Part shown: positions 17,590 to 26,078 of the stretch, piece after piece
How the letters are laid out: each line of letters opens with the position of its first letter
Numbering within the stretch: position 1 is the stretch's first letter
Virus record (IMG/VR): IMGVR_UViG_3300032218_000035
Coordinates: 1 to 31,638 of that record
DNA from: a virus
Lineage: Duplodnaviria; Caudoviricetes
Length of the DNA stretch: 31,638 nt
Reading direction: 5' to 3' (one strand)
Program-made: the position numbers and the translations under genes
Notes under the pieces: model-generated
Told to the model about the DNA's origin: nothing
The model's database searches: none
What the model saw: only the letters and a program-made list of their open reading frames with translations

Positions 17590-19716
17590 TTACTGTTGCA
17601 TAGGCTGTGTAAATGGACTAGCGCCTTGACCAATATCTTCTGCCGCAGTCATGGCATATTGCTGTTGTTCAAGGTTTCGTTTGTCAATTTCTTGAACCAA
17701 TCTTGCCGTGTCCATGCGGTGCAACAAAAGGTCTGTAATTGCCTCAATCTCTGTCTTATTCTGAGATGTGATCGCCCGTGTGTTCTGATCATTGACCTTA
17801 ACTTCAGCCATTGTCTCGGTGTTGTGTGCTTTGGCAGTGACTTCCATGAGTTTGCGTCTTGTAGCGCCTTCCTCTTTGATCTGAGCCACTTGTGACCGAT
17901 TGTTGATCTCAAGGCCAGCGGCTTGCAACTGTTGCTGAAGCTGTTGAATCATCTGCTTGGACTGAGCCAATTCCATCTGAGCCTGTGGCGGGATGTCTGA
18001 TTTCTCATCAATCTGAGCCATTGGGTTCATGGCGGCAAGGCGATCTGCGATCACATCAGCGCCTGGGAAGTCCATGTTCCTAAATACTAGATCACCCGCA
18101 ATGTTGAACAGTTCTGCGTTGCCCGTGAGCAAGGGCATCATGCTTTCAACGGCTTGTTGTCTGCGGCTCTGGAAGCCTGGGCCTGTGTCCATCACCACAT
18201 CATATTCACCCACAGTCACATCGTTCAGCACTTCACCCACTGCGTCTTTTTCATTGATCACAGTCATGTCAGGCTGACCATCCGATCCAATAATCCTCAT
18301 CACACGCTGTGTGTCGTAGATTTTGGGGATCAAATCCAAGATGATTTTGCCCGTGTGTCTAATGGAACGGGTCATGTTGTCATAGAAGTGGAAGTTTGAC
18401 AGATCAACTTGGTTCTGCTGACCCATCAAAGCCTTGCCTGAGATGTTTCCGCTTGGCAACTGATTGGGGTCTAGGATGCCCAAAACCATCTGCAAGTCTG
18501 CGGAAATAGCGCCAGCGGCTTCCATGATGCCCTGTGGAGGCGGTTCAGGCTGAAGTCGTGTAGGTTGAGGCGCTGGTTGACCCTCAATGTCTTTCTGTTT
18601 GTAACGCAGAACAGGCGTTGACTTGATGTTAGCCATTGCCCATTCGTTCTCATGGCCCTCGTCTTGGCCTTCTGCCAACAGCCACTTGGCTTTTGGTGCA
18701 AGAGCAACGCTCTCGGTCATGGATGTGCGCCAGAAGTTGTACATCCGCTGTGGGTCTTTGGCAAATCTGACCAAGCCGTACTTTTTACGCTTGTCATCAA
18801 CAATCACTTGTGCGCCATAACAGGGGACTACGGGAATGTATTTACCCGCCATCGTCTTTTCTTCTAAGACTTCCAAGGCGGTGCATTTCATCCACTTCAC
18901 GGCTTTGCGGAAGCTGTCACGCTCATCAATGACTGTCAGTCCCGCAGCCTCTACACGGGCAAAAAAACTGTCAGAATCGGCAAAGGCTGAAGTGCCATCG
19001 CTCAACAAATAGAGTTTGGCTCGTTCACGCTCAATGTAAAAAAATTCAGCAACCCGAATGTCCTCTTTGGTGATCCAAGCGGCTGTGTCATCACCTGTGG
19101 AACGCTGTTGAAAGTTTGCCCCGTCATCAGCGTCTGGGTAATATTCCTTAAACACCTTCTTATCCATCACTGTGGTAATCAGGCAACGCTCTGCGTCTGA
19201 GCCATCAGGGAGAATTGAGTTAGGGTCAAAATAAACTGTGAACGGGTTATCAATGGTGTCAATAAAGATTTCCTGATCAAAGGAGTCCTCACGCACATAA
19301 CGATAATTGACACGCCAGTAACCCCATCCCATGCGAACTGCGTAATCAAACGCTGTGTCATAGGCTGTATCTGCGTTGGAGTTCACCTCAATGTGGCGGG
19401 TAATGCCCTCAATGACTTGAGCAATCTTGTAATCTGCCAAGTTATTAACGGGATGAACTTTGATGCGGGGGCGCTGTTGACGCTGTTGGTTTGTAACCTG
19501 ACGAATGTAAGCATCAATCTTGTTGATGGTCAGGCATGGGCGGGATTCAAGGTTGCGTGAGTTTTGAATCTCAACAGGCCATTGATCGCCAGCGGCAAAC
19601 TTGATGTCGTTTAAGGCTTCTGCCCGATTGGTGGAGTCAGAATCGTTGACCAAGCGCCAGAACTTGATCGCCTCGTTGATCTTGTCTTTATTTCCTGTTT
19701 CGTCTTGGTAAGCCAT
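17590..19716 (-). CDS. Portal protein, P22 gp1-like
   Basis: FAAGDQWP...RPCLTINKI, YGLVRFAKDPQRMYN and SGKA motifs, with a Gln-rich C-terminal barrel helix. Start chosen at ATG 19716 to avoid overlap with terL. Confidence 0.92.
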   Translation of the reverse strand: MAYQDETGNKDKINEAIKFWRLVNDSDSTNRAEALNDIKFAAGDQWPVEIQNSRNLESRPCLTINKIDAYIRQVTNQQRQQRPRIKVHPVNNLADYKIAQVIEGITRHIEVNSNADTAYDTAFDYAVRMGWGYWRVNYRYVREDSFDQEIFIDTIDNPFTVYFDPNSILPDGSDAERCLITTVMDKKVFKEYYPDADDGANFQQRSTGDDTAAWITKEDIRVAEFFYIERERAKLYLLSDGTSAFADSDSFFARVEAAGLTVIDERDSFRKAVKWMKCTALEVLEEKTMAGKYIPVVPCYGAQVIVDDKRKKYGLVRFAKDPQRMYNFWRTSMTESVALAPKAKWLLAEGQDEGHENEWAMANIKSTPVLRYKQKDIEGQPAPQPTRLQPEPPPQGIMEAAGAISADLQMVLGILDPNQLPSGNISGKALMGQQNQVDLSNFHFYDNMTRSIRHTGKIILDLIPKIYDTQRVMRIIGSDGQPDMTVINEKDAVGEVLNDVTVGEYDVVMDTGPGFQSRRQQAVESMMPLLTGNAELFNIAGDLVFRNMDFPGADVIADRLAAMNPMAQIDEKSDIPPQAQMELAQSKQMIQQLQQQLQAAGLEINNRSQVAQIKEEGATRRKLMEVTAKAHNTETMAEVKVNDQNTRAITSQNKTEIEAITDLLLHRMDTARLVQEIDKRNLEQQQYAMTAAEDIGQGASPFTQPMQQ

Positions 19717-19741
19717 ATTCAGCCCTTTATTTCGTGCGCCA

Positions 19742-21016
19742 TTATCCCATCCATCCGCTTGCCATTGCAATCTGCGCTGACTTTTTGCGTTTAGGCGGCT
19801 CTTTAATCATAAGTGCAATATATCGGAAAGCATCAGCCCCGTGTGAGTAGTGATCATGTAGCGGATTGCGGCTGAACTGTCCTGTTTCGGGGTCAACTTC
19901 ATACCGATAGTGTCTGAGGCAAGCCAAGCCATCCGCTGTGTGTTCCCTGTCAAAGTAACAATTCGGGAAAATTGTCCTTGCCGCATTGATTGAGTCTAGG
20001 ATCGGCACTCTTGGCATGATCTGAGTCTTGTACCCTGCGGCTCTCACAATGTCATCTATTGACCGCCCCGCTGCCGCCAAAGTCTTGTTCTCTGCGTCAT
20101 GGGGAAGCCAGATGGTGTCATACACATAACCATAAGTCTGCATGGTCGCCAAGTAATAACTGATGGTCTTTTGGCTGTCCTCAATGTAGCGGATTAGCCT
20201 TGTCTCCATGCCCACAAACTGCAAGAACCAAATGGCTGTGCTGTCTGACCATCCCAAGTCAAAAACTGCGTGAACTGGCTTTGTAGCGTCATAAGGAACA
20301 CGGCAGATGCGCCCATCCTTCTCGGCTTGTTGCATTTCTTTAGCAAAGATTGCCCCATCCACAGTTTGTCGGCACAAACCTTCCCAAACTTGGTTATAGG
20401 CTTCCTCATCCCTTGTTTTAAGGGCATCTTTCTCAAGTTTGAGGGTGTCGGGAAACCAAGGGTTGTCGTACCAATTCACCTTCATAGTGATGCTGTCTGC
20501 GGGTGGGTTTGCCACAAACCTTTGGTAAGTCTCGTCTGTCTCCAACTCAGGGTTGAAGCTGATCCATATCTCAGAGCCTTCCTTACGGATGGTCGGGATC
20601 AAGATATTCCACGATACGCGGCTGGTGGTTTGGGCTTCTTCAACCCAACAAATATCTACGCCCTCATAAGACTTGATGTTTGAAACATTGTTCTTCAGGC
20701 CAACAAAGCTGAACTCTGTGCCGTTTCTGCCCCTGATGCTTGTTTGGGTGATTTCGTAGAAGCTGAGTAAGCCAAGGCTTTCAATCTGGTCGCACAGTAA
20801 CTTATGAACCGAATCCTTGATGGATGTCTGAAACTCACGGGCGCATAGTATGCGGATTGGGTCTTTAGCGCCTTTGATCAGTAAAGCTCTGGCAATTCCC
20901 CAACTCTTAGCACCACCCCTTCCACCATAAAGAACCTTGTAACGGCTTTTTTTGAACAGACCTTCCAACTTGACGGGAAACTCTGCCTTCGCAATGGCAT
21001 CAGTTACATCGCTCAT
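19742..21016 (-). CDS. terL: Terminase large subunit (PBSX-like)
   Basis: Walker A YGGRGGAKS, CAREFQTSI, Walker B WVEEAQ, SFNP coupling motif, nuclease motifs DLGWSD and HGADAFRY. Confidence 0.95.
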   Translation of the reverse strand: MSDVTDAIAKAEFPVKLEGLFKKSRYKVLYGGRGGAKSWGIARALLIKGAKDPIRILCAREFQTSIKDSVHKLLCDQIESLGLLSFYEITQTSIRGRNGTEFSFVGLKNNVSNIKSYEGVDICWVEEAQTTSRVSWNILIPTIRKEGSEIWISFNPELETDETYQRFVANPPADSITMKVNWYDNPWFPDTLKLEKDALKTRDEEAYNQVWEGLCRQTVDGAIFAKEMQQAEKDGRICRVPYDATKPVHAVFDLGWSDSTAIWFLQFVGMETRLIRYIEDSQKTISYYLATMQTYGYVYDTIWLPHDAENKTLAAAGRSIDDIVRAAGYKTQIMPRVPILDSINAARTIFPNCYFDREHTADGLACLRHYRYEVDPETGQFSRNPLHDHYSHGADAFRYIALMIKEPPKRKKSAQIAMASGWMG

Positions 21017-21285
21017 TCGGGCTTAATGAATGTGACTTGAATCCCACCCAAGAGGGGTGTTCCATCTGCGTTCTCAATTGTTGTGGCCTGAACTGCCTTG
21101 CCATCCACTCGGTCGATGATCTCTTTGATCGCCCAAGGCTCACCCGCTTCAGCTTGGCTTACCAGTTGCTCGGCAATGCTTCTGAGGCGATGCGGCTCTT
21201 GCACTAAAACAAGGCGCAACTTGTCATAGAACAGTCTGCTCTTTGCAGCGTTCTGATTGCCTTGTGGTGCGCCTCTTTCAGCCAT
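21013..21285 (-). CDS. terS: Terminase small subunit
   Basis: GAPQGNQNAAK N-terminal motif, AIKEIIDRVDGK; ATGA-coupled to terL. Confidence 0.75.
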   Translation of the reverse strand: MAERGAPQGNQNAAKSRLFYDKLRLVLVQEPHRLRSIAEQLVSQAEAGEPWAIKEIIDRVDGKAVQATTIENADGTPLLGGIQVTFIKPE

Positions 21286-21336
21286 TTAATTTAATTCCTA
21301 AGTCTTTATAAATAAAAGTAATTTTGTATAGCTTGC

Positions 21337-22392
21337 TTATCTAAAAATTAACTCTTTTATTGGTACATCATAACTTTCCAACGGGAAAATTGCTCTGCGT
21401 TCTTCGTTAGTTAAATTTCTGCGCTTTTGTGTTGCTCTAGCTTCAGCTTCTCCAGCAGTACGCAAGTATTGGCCTAATGGTGTTCTTCTTTCATTTTCAT
21501 CATAAATAAAAGATTTGACTTCATCAATGTTTTTAAAACCATACTTTTTAATAATAGGCTCAATGTCTTTCGGGTCTGTGTACTTCAAACCTTGTAAAAC
21601 TTCTAATGGCTTTGCGCTCATACCACCTGTAACAACTTGACTTAAATCAGCAGTTAAATCCCTTGCTGTCTTGTCAAACATTGGGCCAGTTGCATATTCA
21701 TTTAAATTACCGCCTCTAGCAAAACCCTCTTTTTGCTGAATTGCGTGTTGTATTTCATGTAGTCCAGTGCTTCTTTGTGACATTGAACTTGGGCCACCAA
21801 CTGTTATCTGTGGCACTTGGAATGTGCCTTCTTTGCCACGCAAAACACTTCCATATGGAGTTTCGTCTGCATACATTACTGTTGGTATGCGAGCAGTTTC
21901 TGGATAGGCTTTATAAAGTTCTTCGTGTTGCAAGGCTTGACCCATTGGGCCTTTAAATTCTTTGTTGGCTGATATTTGGTTATAAACATCTTCAGTAATC
22001 TTTGAGCCTTTATCGCTAATTTCTTGTCGCCATTGCCTATCTGGGCCTCGGAATGTGCCTGTTTCTTGCCAAATTTCTTTGGCAGTTTTACCCGCCTTTT
22101 CCAATTCCAAGGCTTTGGTTGCCATAAGTTTGTTAAATGTCGCTGAGTTAGGGCCAATAAACATTCCTACTGGATTGTAGGATTCAGCCATTTGTTTGGC
22201 TAATTGTTGAGTTTTTGGCCCATAGCCAACGCCTTCCTCGGCTGCTTGGTATGTCAGTTCATTTAAAGCGCCAGCACGATCATTGGCGTACCCAATCATC
22301 TGTTGCAAACTAGCACCTGGATTGCGGACAAAATCAGCCCCTTTCCGCTTTGCGGAGTCAATGGCGCTGTAAATGTCTGCAATCGTTGGCAT
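21337..22392 (-). CDS. LPD23 (large polyvalent protein-associated domain 23) protein with zincin HExxH motif
   Basis: IWQETGTFRGPDRQWRQEISD, HEELYKAYPE, HEIQHAIQQKEGFARGGN, YLRTAGEAEARATQKR. Confidence 0.75.
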   Translation of the reverse strand: MPTIADIYSAIDSAKRKGADFVRNPGASLQQMIGYANDRAGALNELTYQAAEEGVGYGPKTQQLAKQMAESYNPVGMFIGPNSATFNKLMATKALELEKAGKTAKEIWQETGTFRGPDRQWRQEISDKGSKITEDVYNQISANKEFKGPMGQALQHEELYKAYPETARIPTVMYADETPYGSVLRGKEGTFQVPQITVGGPSSMSQRSTGLHEIQHAIQQKEGFARGGNLNEYATGPMFDKTARDLTADLSQVVTGGMSAKPLEVLQGLKYTDPKDIEPIIKKYGFKNIDEVKSFIYDENERRTPLGQYLRTAGEAEARATQKRRNLTNEERRAIFPLESYDVPIKELIFR

Positions 22393-22565
22393 TACTTCTT
22401 AGACTTCTTTGGCTTGGGTGTGGGCTTTTTACCCGCATCCTTTTGCGCTTCACGCTGAACCGAATAGGCAATTGCCACCGCTTGCTTAGGTGGTTTGCCT
22501 GATTCGATTTCTTTCTTAATGTTGGCTTTTAATGCCTTTGGGGTCATTGATGCGATCAAAGGCAT
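22392..22565 (-). CDS. Small Lys-rich protein (57 aa), not in the ORF track
   Basis: MPLIASMTPKALKANIKKEIESGKPPKQAVAIAYSVQREAQKDAGKKPTPKPKKSKK; strong GAGGAGG SD; TAATG overlap with the next gene. Confidence 0.8.
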   Translation of the reverse strand: MPLIASMTPKALKANIKKEIESGKPPKQAVAIAYSVQREAQKDAGKKPTPKPKKSKK

Positions 22566-22578
22566 ATTGCCTCCTCAA

Positions 22579-22986
22579 TTAAGATGCGCCATGAATGATG
22601 GCGTAGTTAATCACAATAGCTTCAGACAATGTGCCGCCTGAAATGTTACGCAAAGTGATGCTGACAGAACCAGCGCTCAAGGAATTGGCAAACACATTGT
22701 ATGAGCCTGGTGTTGTCTGACCGCCTGAAATCGTCAAAATCACGCAGTCATTTGCGCTGATCAGGTTATTGTTCAATGTGAATGTGGCGTTGGTAGCAGT
22801 TGTCAATGAAGCATTGTTCATTGTGATGCGACCAGCGGACTTGTTCAAAGTCACGGCTGTGGACTTGTCGGTTAATTGGGTCACAGAGCCTTGGGCTGCT
22901 GTTGAGTAACCAATTTCTTGGGTTGCGTAAACAGTTGAGAATTCGGGGTCTTGGTAAGCTACACCAGTGGCGATTGAATTAGACAT
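22579..22986 (-). CDS. Beta-rich hypothetical protein, probably virion-associated
   Basis: 135 aa, Thr/Ser/Asn-rich (VTQLTDKSTAVTLNKSAGRIT...); AAGGA SD. Confidence 0.55.
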   Translation of the reverse strand: MSNSIATGVAYQDPEFSTVYATQEIGYSTAAQGSVTQLTDKSTAVTLNKSAGRITMNNASLTTATNATFTLNNNLISANDCVILTISGGQTTPGSYNVFANSLSAGSVSITLRNISGGTLSEAIVINYAIIHGAS

Positions 22987-22995
22987 AATGTTCCT

Positions 22996-23268
22996 TTAAC
23001 AGTTCCAGTTTTTGAGGGATGCCTTGGCTCGTTCAGCAGGGCCTTTGGCGTTTTTTACTACCCCCTCCATCCTAGCGCAAAATGATGCTTTTCTGCCAGC
23101 ATCGGCTTTTGTCTTAGGATTTGGGGCGGGTGGTTTTAAATTACTGCCGTTCTTGGCATTGTATTCAGCACGACCTTTAGCGGTCATTCCCGCACCTTTT
23201 TCAGTCGGGTTGTATGTTTTTCCCTTGCCTGTGGTCTTATGGGGAATGGGCTTGTCATGCTTTGCCAT
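22996..23268 (-). CDS. Basic phage protein, DUF6321-like
   Basis: GMTAKGRAEYN...SNLKPP...RKASFCARM...ASLKNWNC motif. Confidence 0.65.
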   Translation of the reverse strand: MAKHDKPIPHKTTGKGKTYNPTEKGAGMTAKGRAEYNAKNGSNLKPPAPNPKTKADAGRKASFCARMEGVVKNAKGPAERAKASLKNWNC

Positions 23269-23270
23269 GA

Positions 23271-23438
23271 TTATTTCTTCTTTGCAGTCTTGGCAGATTG
23301 TTTAAAAGCCTCGGCTGTAGGTGCGCCCTTTGCGCCTACTGCTCTCATGCGCTCTACAGGCTTTCCTGCGGCTTTCTCAGCCTTGATACGCTCTTGCTTT
23401 GCATGGATATTGGCATAAAGCCCTTTTGAAGTAGCCAT
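23271..23438 (-). CDS. Small Lys/Ala-rich protein (55 aa), not in the ORF track
   Basis: MATSKGLYANIHAKQERIKAEKAAGKPVERMRAVGAKGAPTAEAFKQSAKTAKKK; GGAGGA SD; abuts the groES stop. Confidence 0.8.
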   Translation of the reverse strand: MATSKGLYANIHAKQERIKAEKAAGKPVERMRAVGAKGAPTAEAFKQSAKTAKKK

Positions 23439-23696
23439 TTATTCCTCCACAACTGCACAAATGTCGGCTTCTTGAATGATTTGGTAATCTTGACCATCAA
23501 TCTTTTGGGTGGGCCAATTAAGGTAATCCCCATTTCCATATTTGATGAAGTCTCCCACCTTGACATCGTAAACCTTTGGGCCAATAGCGACAATAGTTCC
23601 CTCGTTAAAAGGTTCTTTGTTGTTTACAAAAATAATGTCGGATAGATTTCGCACCTGTGGTTTTACCACAACACGATCACGCAATGGGGTCAGCAT
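23439..23696 (-). CDS. groES: Co-chaperonin GroES (Cpn10)
   Basis: LTPLRDRVVVKP, mobile-loop DIIFV, GTIVAIGP, VKVGD, IIQEADICAVVE. Confidence 0.88.
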   Translation of the reverse strand: MLTPLRDRVVVKPQVRNLSDIIFVNNKEPFNEGTIVAIGPKVYDVKVGDFIKYGNGDYLNWPTQKIDGQDYQIIQEADICAVVEE

Positions 23697-23926
23697 TTTT
23701 TGGGTCTCCCAGGCTTCTTTTTGACAGGCACTGAGACCTCTTTCATCTCATCAGTCATGATGTCATACACGGGAAGTTTCACGACCTCAACTTGCATGGG
23801 TTCGTGCTGACCGCACCAATCGCTTTGGTGCTTGTTCTGCTGTTGGGGGCTTTGGCGGCAGATGCCCATGATTTGCTGATTCTTGAAGAATCGGCAGTTT
23901 CCACAATTAGAATGTGATTCAGCCAT
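23690..23926 (-). CDS. Four-Cys metal-binding protein with C-terminal AT-hook-like motif
   Basis: CGNCRFF...GIC...WCGQH and KKKPGRPKK; GAGG SD. Confidence 0.6.
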   Translation of the reverse strand: MAESHSNCGNCRFFKNQQIMGICRQSPQQQNKHQSDWCGQHEPMQVEVVKLPVYDIMTDEMKEVSVPVKKKPGRPKKC

Positions 23927-23952
23927 TCAATACCTCTTTTATTGCTTGGTTA

Positions 23953-23988
23953 GAAGCGCCCCCAGATTCTCCGTCTGCGGGGCGTTTC
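23953..23988. promoter_or_regulatory. Strong intergenic hairpin
   Basis: GAAGCGCCCC-CAGA / TCTG-C-GGGGCGTTTC stem with a 7-nt loop, between two minus-strand genes. Confidence 0.55.
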
Positions 23989-23991
23989 GCT

Positions 23992-24192
23992 TTACTGATA
24001 AGACTTGCGGTCGTGAGTATAGCAAGAGCCTTCACGCTTGCCGCCCTCAAACTTTTCCTCTTTGCCCTTGTTGGTCATGGCATTGGGGATGTTGTTTTTG
24101 ACGCTGCCATTTGACTTCATGTCAGGAACGGGGTTGCCAGCCATCTTTGCGCTGTTGCCATAGCCCATCATGTCTTTGGTCAATTTTTTCAT
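23992..24192 (-). CDS. Small basic hypothetical protein
   Basis: 66 aa, Lys/Met/Gly-rich; TAAGGA SD; tiles within the operon. Confidence 0.6.
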   Translation of the reverse strand: MKKLTKDMMGYGNSAKMAGNPVPDMKSNGSVKNNIPNAMTNKGKEEKFEGGKREGSCYTHDRKSYQ

Positions 24193-24201
24193 GGTGATTC
24201 C

Positions 24202-24570
24202 TTATTTAAGGGTGAGTAAATACAAGGTTGAATTGATCAGATCGGCAATTTCATCAACGATGTTTTGCAGTTCTGTATCTTGGGGGATTTCTTGACGGGC
24301 TTCCTGAACAAATGCTTTGAGTTGTGTCAGGTATTCGGTCGGGGTTTCCTGTGGCTGATGCAACTCATCAGGAAACTTCTTCATGCGGGTGTTGTAGCGA
24401 CCTTGATAGCTCTCAGCCAATGTGTCTGCTAGATCAACAATCTTGGGATAGAACTTGCCCAACGCCTTATGGGTTGCGTATTCCCGTGTCTGCAAATGCT
24501 GAAAATGGGTAATCGTGCCACTGTGAAACAGAGTAGCTACGAACTCGGCAACTTCGGCATTTTTTTCCAT
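24202..24570 (-). CDS. Ferritin/Dps-like four-helix protein (DUF5856-like)
   Basis: HFQHLQTREYATHKALGKFY...DTLAESYQG...LQNIVDEIADLINSTLYLL. Confidence 0.7.
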   Translation of the reverse strand: MEKNAEVAEFVATLFHSGTITHFQHLQTREYATHKALGKFYPKIVDLADTLAESYQGRYNTRMKKFPDELHQPQETPTEYLTQLKAFVQEARQEIPQDTELQNIVDEIADLINSTLYLLTLK

Positions 24571-24576
24571 ATTTGC

Positions 24577-24604
24577 ACTATACCAAAAAAAGCGGGGGAA
24601 TCAA
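24577..24604 (-). promoter_or_regulatory. Sigma70-like promoter giving a probably leaderless transcript (start of the late region)
   Basis: TTGATT (24604-24599), 16-nt spacer, TGG-TATAGT (24582-24577), then 6 nt to ATG 24570; no SD. Confidence 0.55.
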
Positions 24605-24609
24605 CCCCC
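24585..24609 (-). terminator. Rho-independent terminator ending the nin-like region
   Basis: Minus strand GGGGG-TTGATT-CCCCC-GC-TTTTTTT. Confidence 0.65.
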
Positions 24610-24628
24610 AAAAAGGCAACTGCATAGC

Positions 24629-24961
24629 CTATTCAAATTCTGCCACAAAAGGCAGTGGAACTTCAACAGGCCATTTACCTTGCTTACATAGCAATAAAAC
24701 TGTCCCAATGTGAGCCTCTGCCCACTTTTTTTGGCGTTCTTCCTTGGTCAGGTTCTTGCCTTGGTCAATCTCGTAATGACATTGGAGGCACAAAGCAGCC
24801 ACTAGGTTGTCATCAGCCTTGATACCCCTACCCTTACCTCCGCCCCAATTACTGTGAGCCGCCTGAACGCCATTGTCTATGCCACAGCTTTGACAGGATA
24901 GAGCCGCCACTAACTTTAGGAGTTTCTGACTTCTCACATACTTGTGCTTGGGATATTGCAT
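24629..24961 (-). CDS. HNH-like Zn-binding nuclease (DUF968/DUF1364 type)
   Basis: CQSCG...QAAHSN...GKGRGIKADD...LCLQCHYEID. Confidence 0.75.
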   Translation of the reverse strand: MQYPKHKYVRSQKLLKLVAALSCQSCGIDNGVQAAHSNWGGGKGRGIKADDNLVAALCLQCHYEIDQGKNLTKEERQKKWAEAHIGTVLLLCKQGKWPVEVPLPFVAEFE

Positions 24962-25079
24962 ATTCTTTGGTGTAAAACTTGTGGTTGTTTTCGCACTGGC
25001 GCTTGCGGCTGACGAATTCGGGGTTTGATCGGGTATCTATAACTTTGAGTGTTTCAGAGCCACAACGGGGACACATCAT
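24849..25079 (-). CDS. NrdR-N-terminal/Ogr-like zinc ribbon protein
   Basis: MCPRCG...KVIDTR...RKRQCENNHKFYTKE; the 3' tail overlaps the next gene by 113 nt. Confidence 0.65.
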   Translation of the reverse strand: MMCPRCGSETLKVIDTRSNPEFVSRKRQCENNHKFYTKEYAISQAQVCEKSETPKVSGGSILSKLWHRQWRSGGSQ

Positions 25080-25249
25080 GAGTTTTTTTCCTTGGTATTG
25101 GTTTCAGGCCCATTAAACATTGCCATTCCAAATTGCCCAAGCATGACCGCCTTTAATCTTTCCCGATCTTCTTCGGGATAGTCAGAAGCAACATCATTCA
25201 TTATTTTTAAAATATCTTCTGCCATTTTTTGTGGTGTGATGATGCTCAT
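25076..25249 (-). CDS. Hypothetical protein (57 aa), not in the ORF track
   Basis: MSIITPQKMAEDILKIMNDVASDYPEEDRERLKAVMLGQFGMAMFNGPETNTKEKNS; ATGA overlaps at both ends; AGGAG SD. Confidence 0.7.
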   Translation of the reverse strand: MSIITPQKMAEDILKIMNDVASDYPEEDRERLKAVMLGQFGMAMFNGPETNTKEKNS

Positions 25250-25662
25250 TTATTTTCTCCTAAAGTTTCAATCCCCTTGTCTGCCATCCATGCCAAGAGC
25301 CATTCAATGAACTCTGAGCCTTCTTCTTTTGTGAATTTGTGGCTTTGTAGGCCCAATTGAACAACTCGTTCCCCATCTAGGCTTGGGGCGACCTTGCCCA
25401 CCTTGCGCCCTGTTTCATGCGCCCATTGATCAATTAAGAGCCTTTTCCAATCGTCTGATGACCAAGCACTGCCAGCCGCTTTCATTTGCTTGGCAACCAT
25501 GTCAATCAAACTGTGAAACATGGCATTTTGGTCTGTGCTGCGGGTGGCTTTCTTAACCTCCAAGCGCAGTTGTTTACCCGCCTGTAAGGTTTCTTTAATT
25601 TTGGGCCATAGGTCTTTTAGGACTGTGTGGGCTTGTTGGGGGTTGTAGAGTGAAATGATCAT
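25246..25662 (-). CDS. ninB: NinB-family recombination protein
   Basis: RSTDQNAMFHSLI...WKRLL...PSLDG...SEFIEWLLAW. Confidence 0.85.
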   Translation of the reverse strand: MIISLYNPQQAHTVLKDLWPKIKETLQAGKQLRLEVKKATRSTDQNAMFHSLIDMVAKQMKAAGSAWSSDDWKRLLIDQWAHETGRKVGKVAPSLDGERVVQLGLQSHKFTKEEGSEFIEWLLAWMADKGIETLGENK

Positions 25663-26078
25663 ATTTGTTTCACCAATACTTCAACCTTTGCCACTTCGCC
25701 ATAAACCTTGGTGGCATGGATGGATGTGAACTGCGAGTCGTTTTCAAACACGATCTTGTCCATGCCATCAATGACGGACTTAACCACATTGTCCAAATCT
25801 GGCTTTTTGGTGTGTTTTTCTTGACCGCTTAAACAAGCCTCAGTGCGTTTTTTTGAGTATGAGTCGGGAACAGTAAAGGTGACATAAATAAACGCTTCCA
25901 ATCCCCCTTCTAGCGGTTCTGATGCGCCCATTGCCGCTTTTGCCATCATTGCGACTTCAGATTCATAGTTCTTGGTCTTTTCAGGTGTGTAAGCAACAGG
26001 AAACTTGCCCCTTGTGGAAAACCTTGGTCTGCCCTTTGGTACAGGCTCGCCATAAATCGTGAACATGATCTGAATCAT
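25659..26078 (-). CDS. rusA: RusA Holliday junction resolvase
   Basis: GEPVPKGRPRF, KPDLDNVVKSVIDGM, NDSQ catalytic Asp pattern. Confidence 0.9.
   Translation of the reverse strand: MIQIMFTIYGEPVPKGRPRFSTRGKFPVAYTPEKTKNYESEVAMMAKAAMGASEPLEGGLEAFIYVTFTVPDSYSKKRTEACLSGQEKHTKKPDLDNVVKSVIDGMDKIVFENDSQFTSIHATKVYGEVAKVEVLVKQI

Noticed and set aside
19717-19770. Extended portal N-terminus from the ORF track
   Set aside because: Overlaps the terL 3' end; ATG 19716 with an upstream AAGGG is more plausible
23354-23593. 79 aa minus-strand ORF overlapping groES
   Set aside because: Alternative frame over groES and the 55 aa basic gene, both better supported
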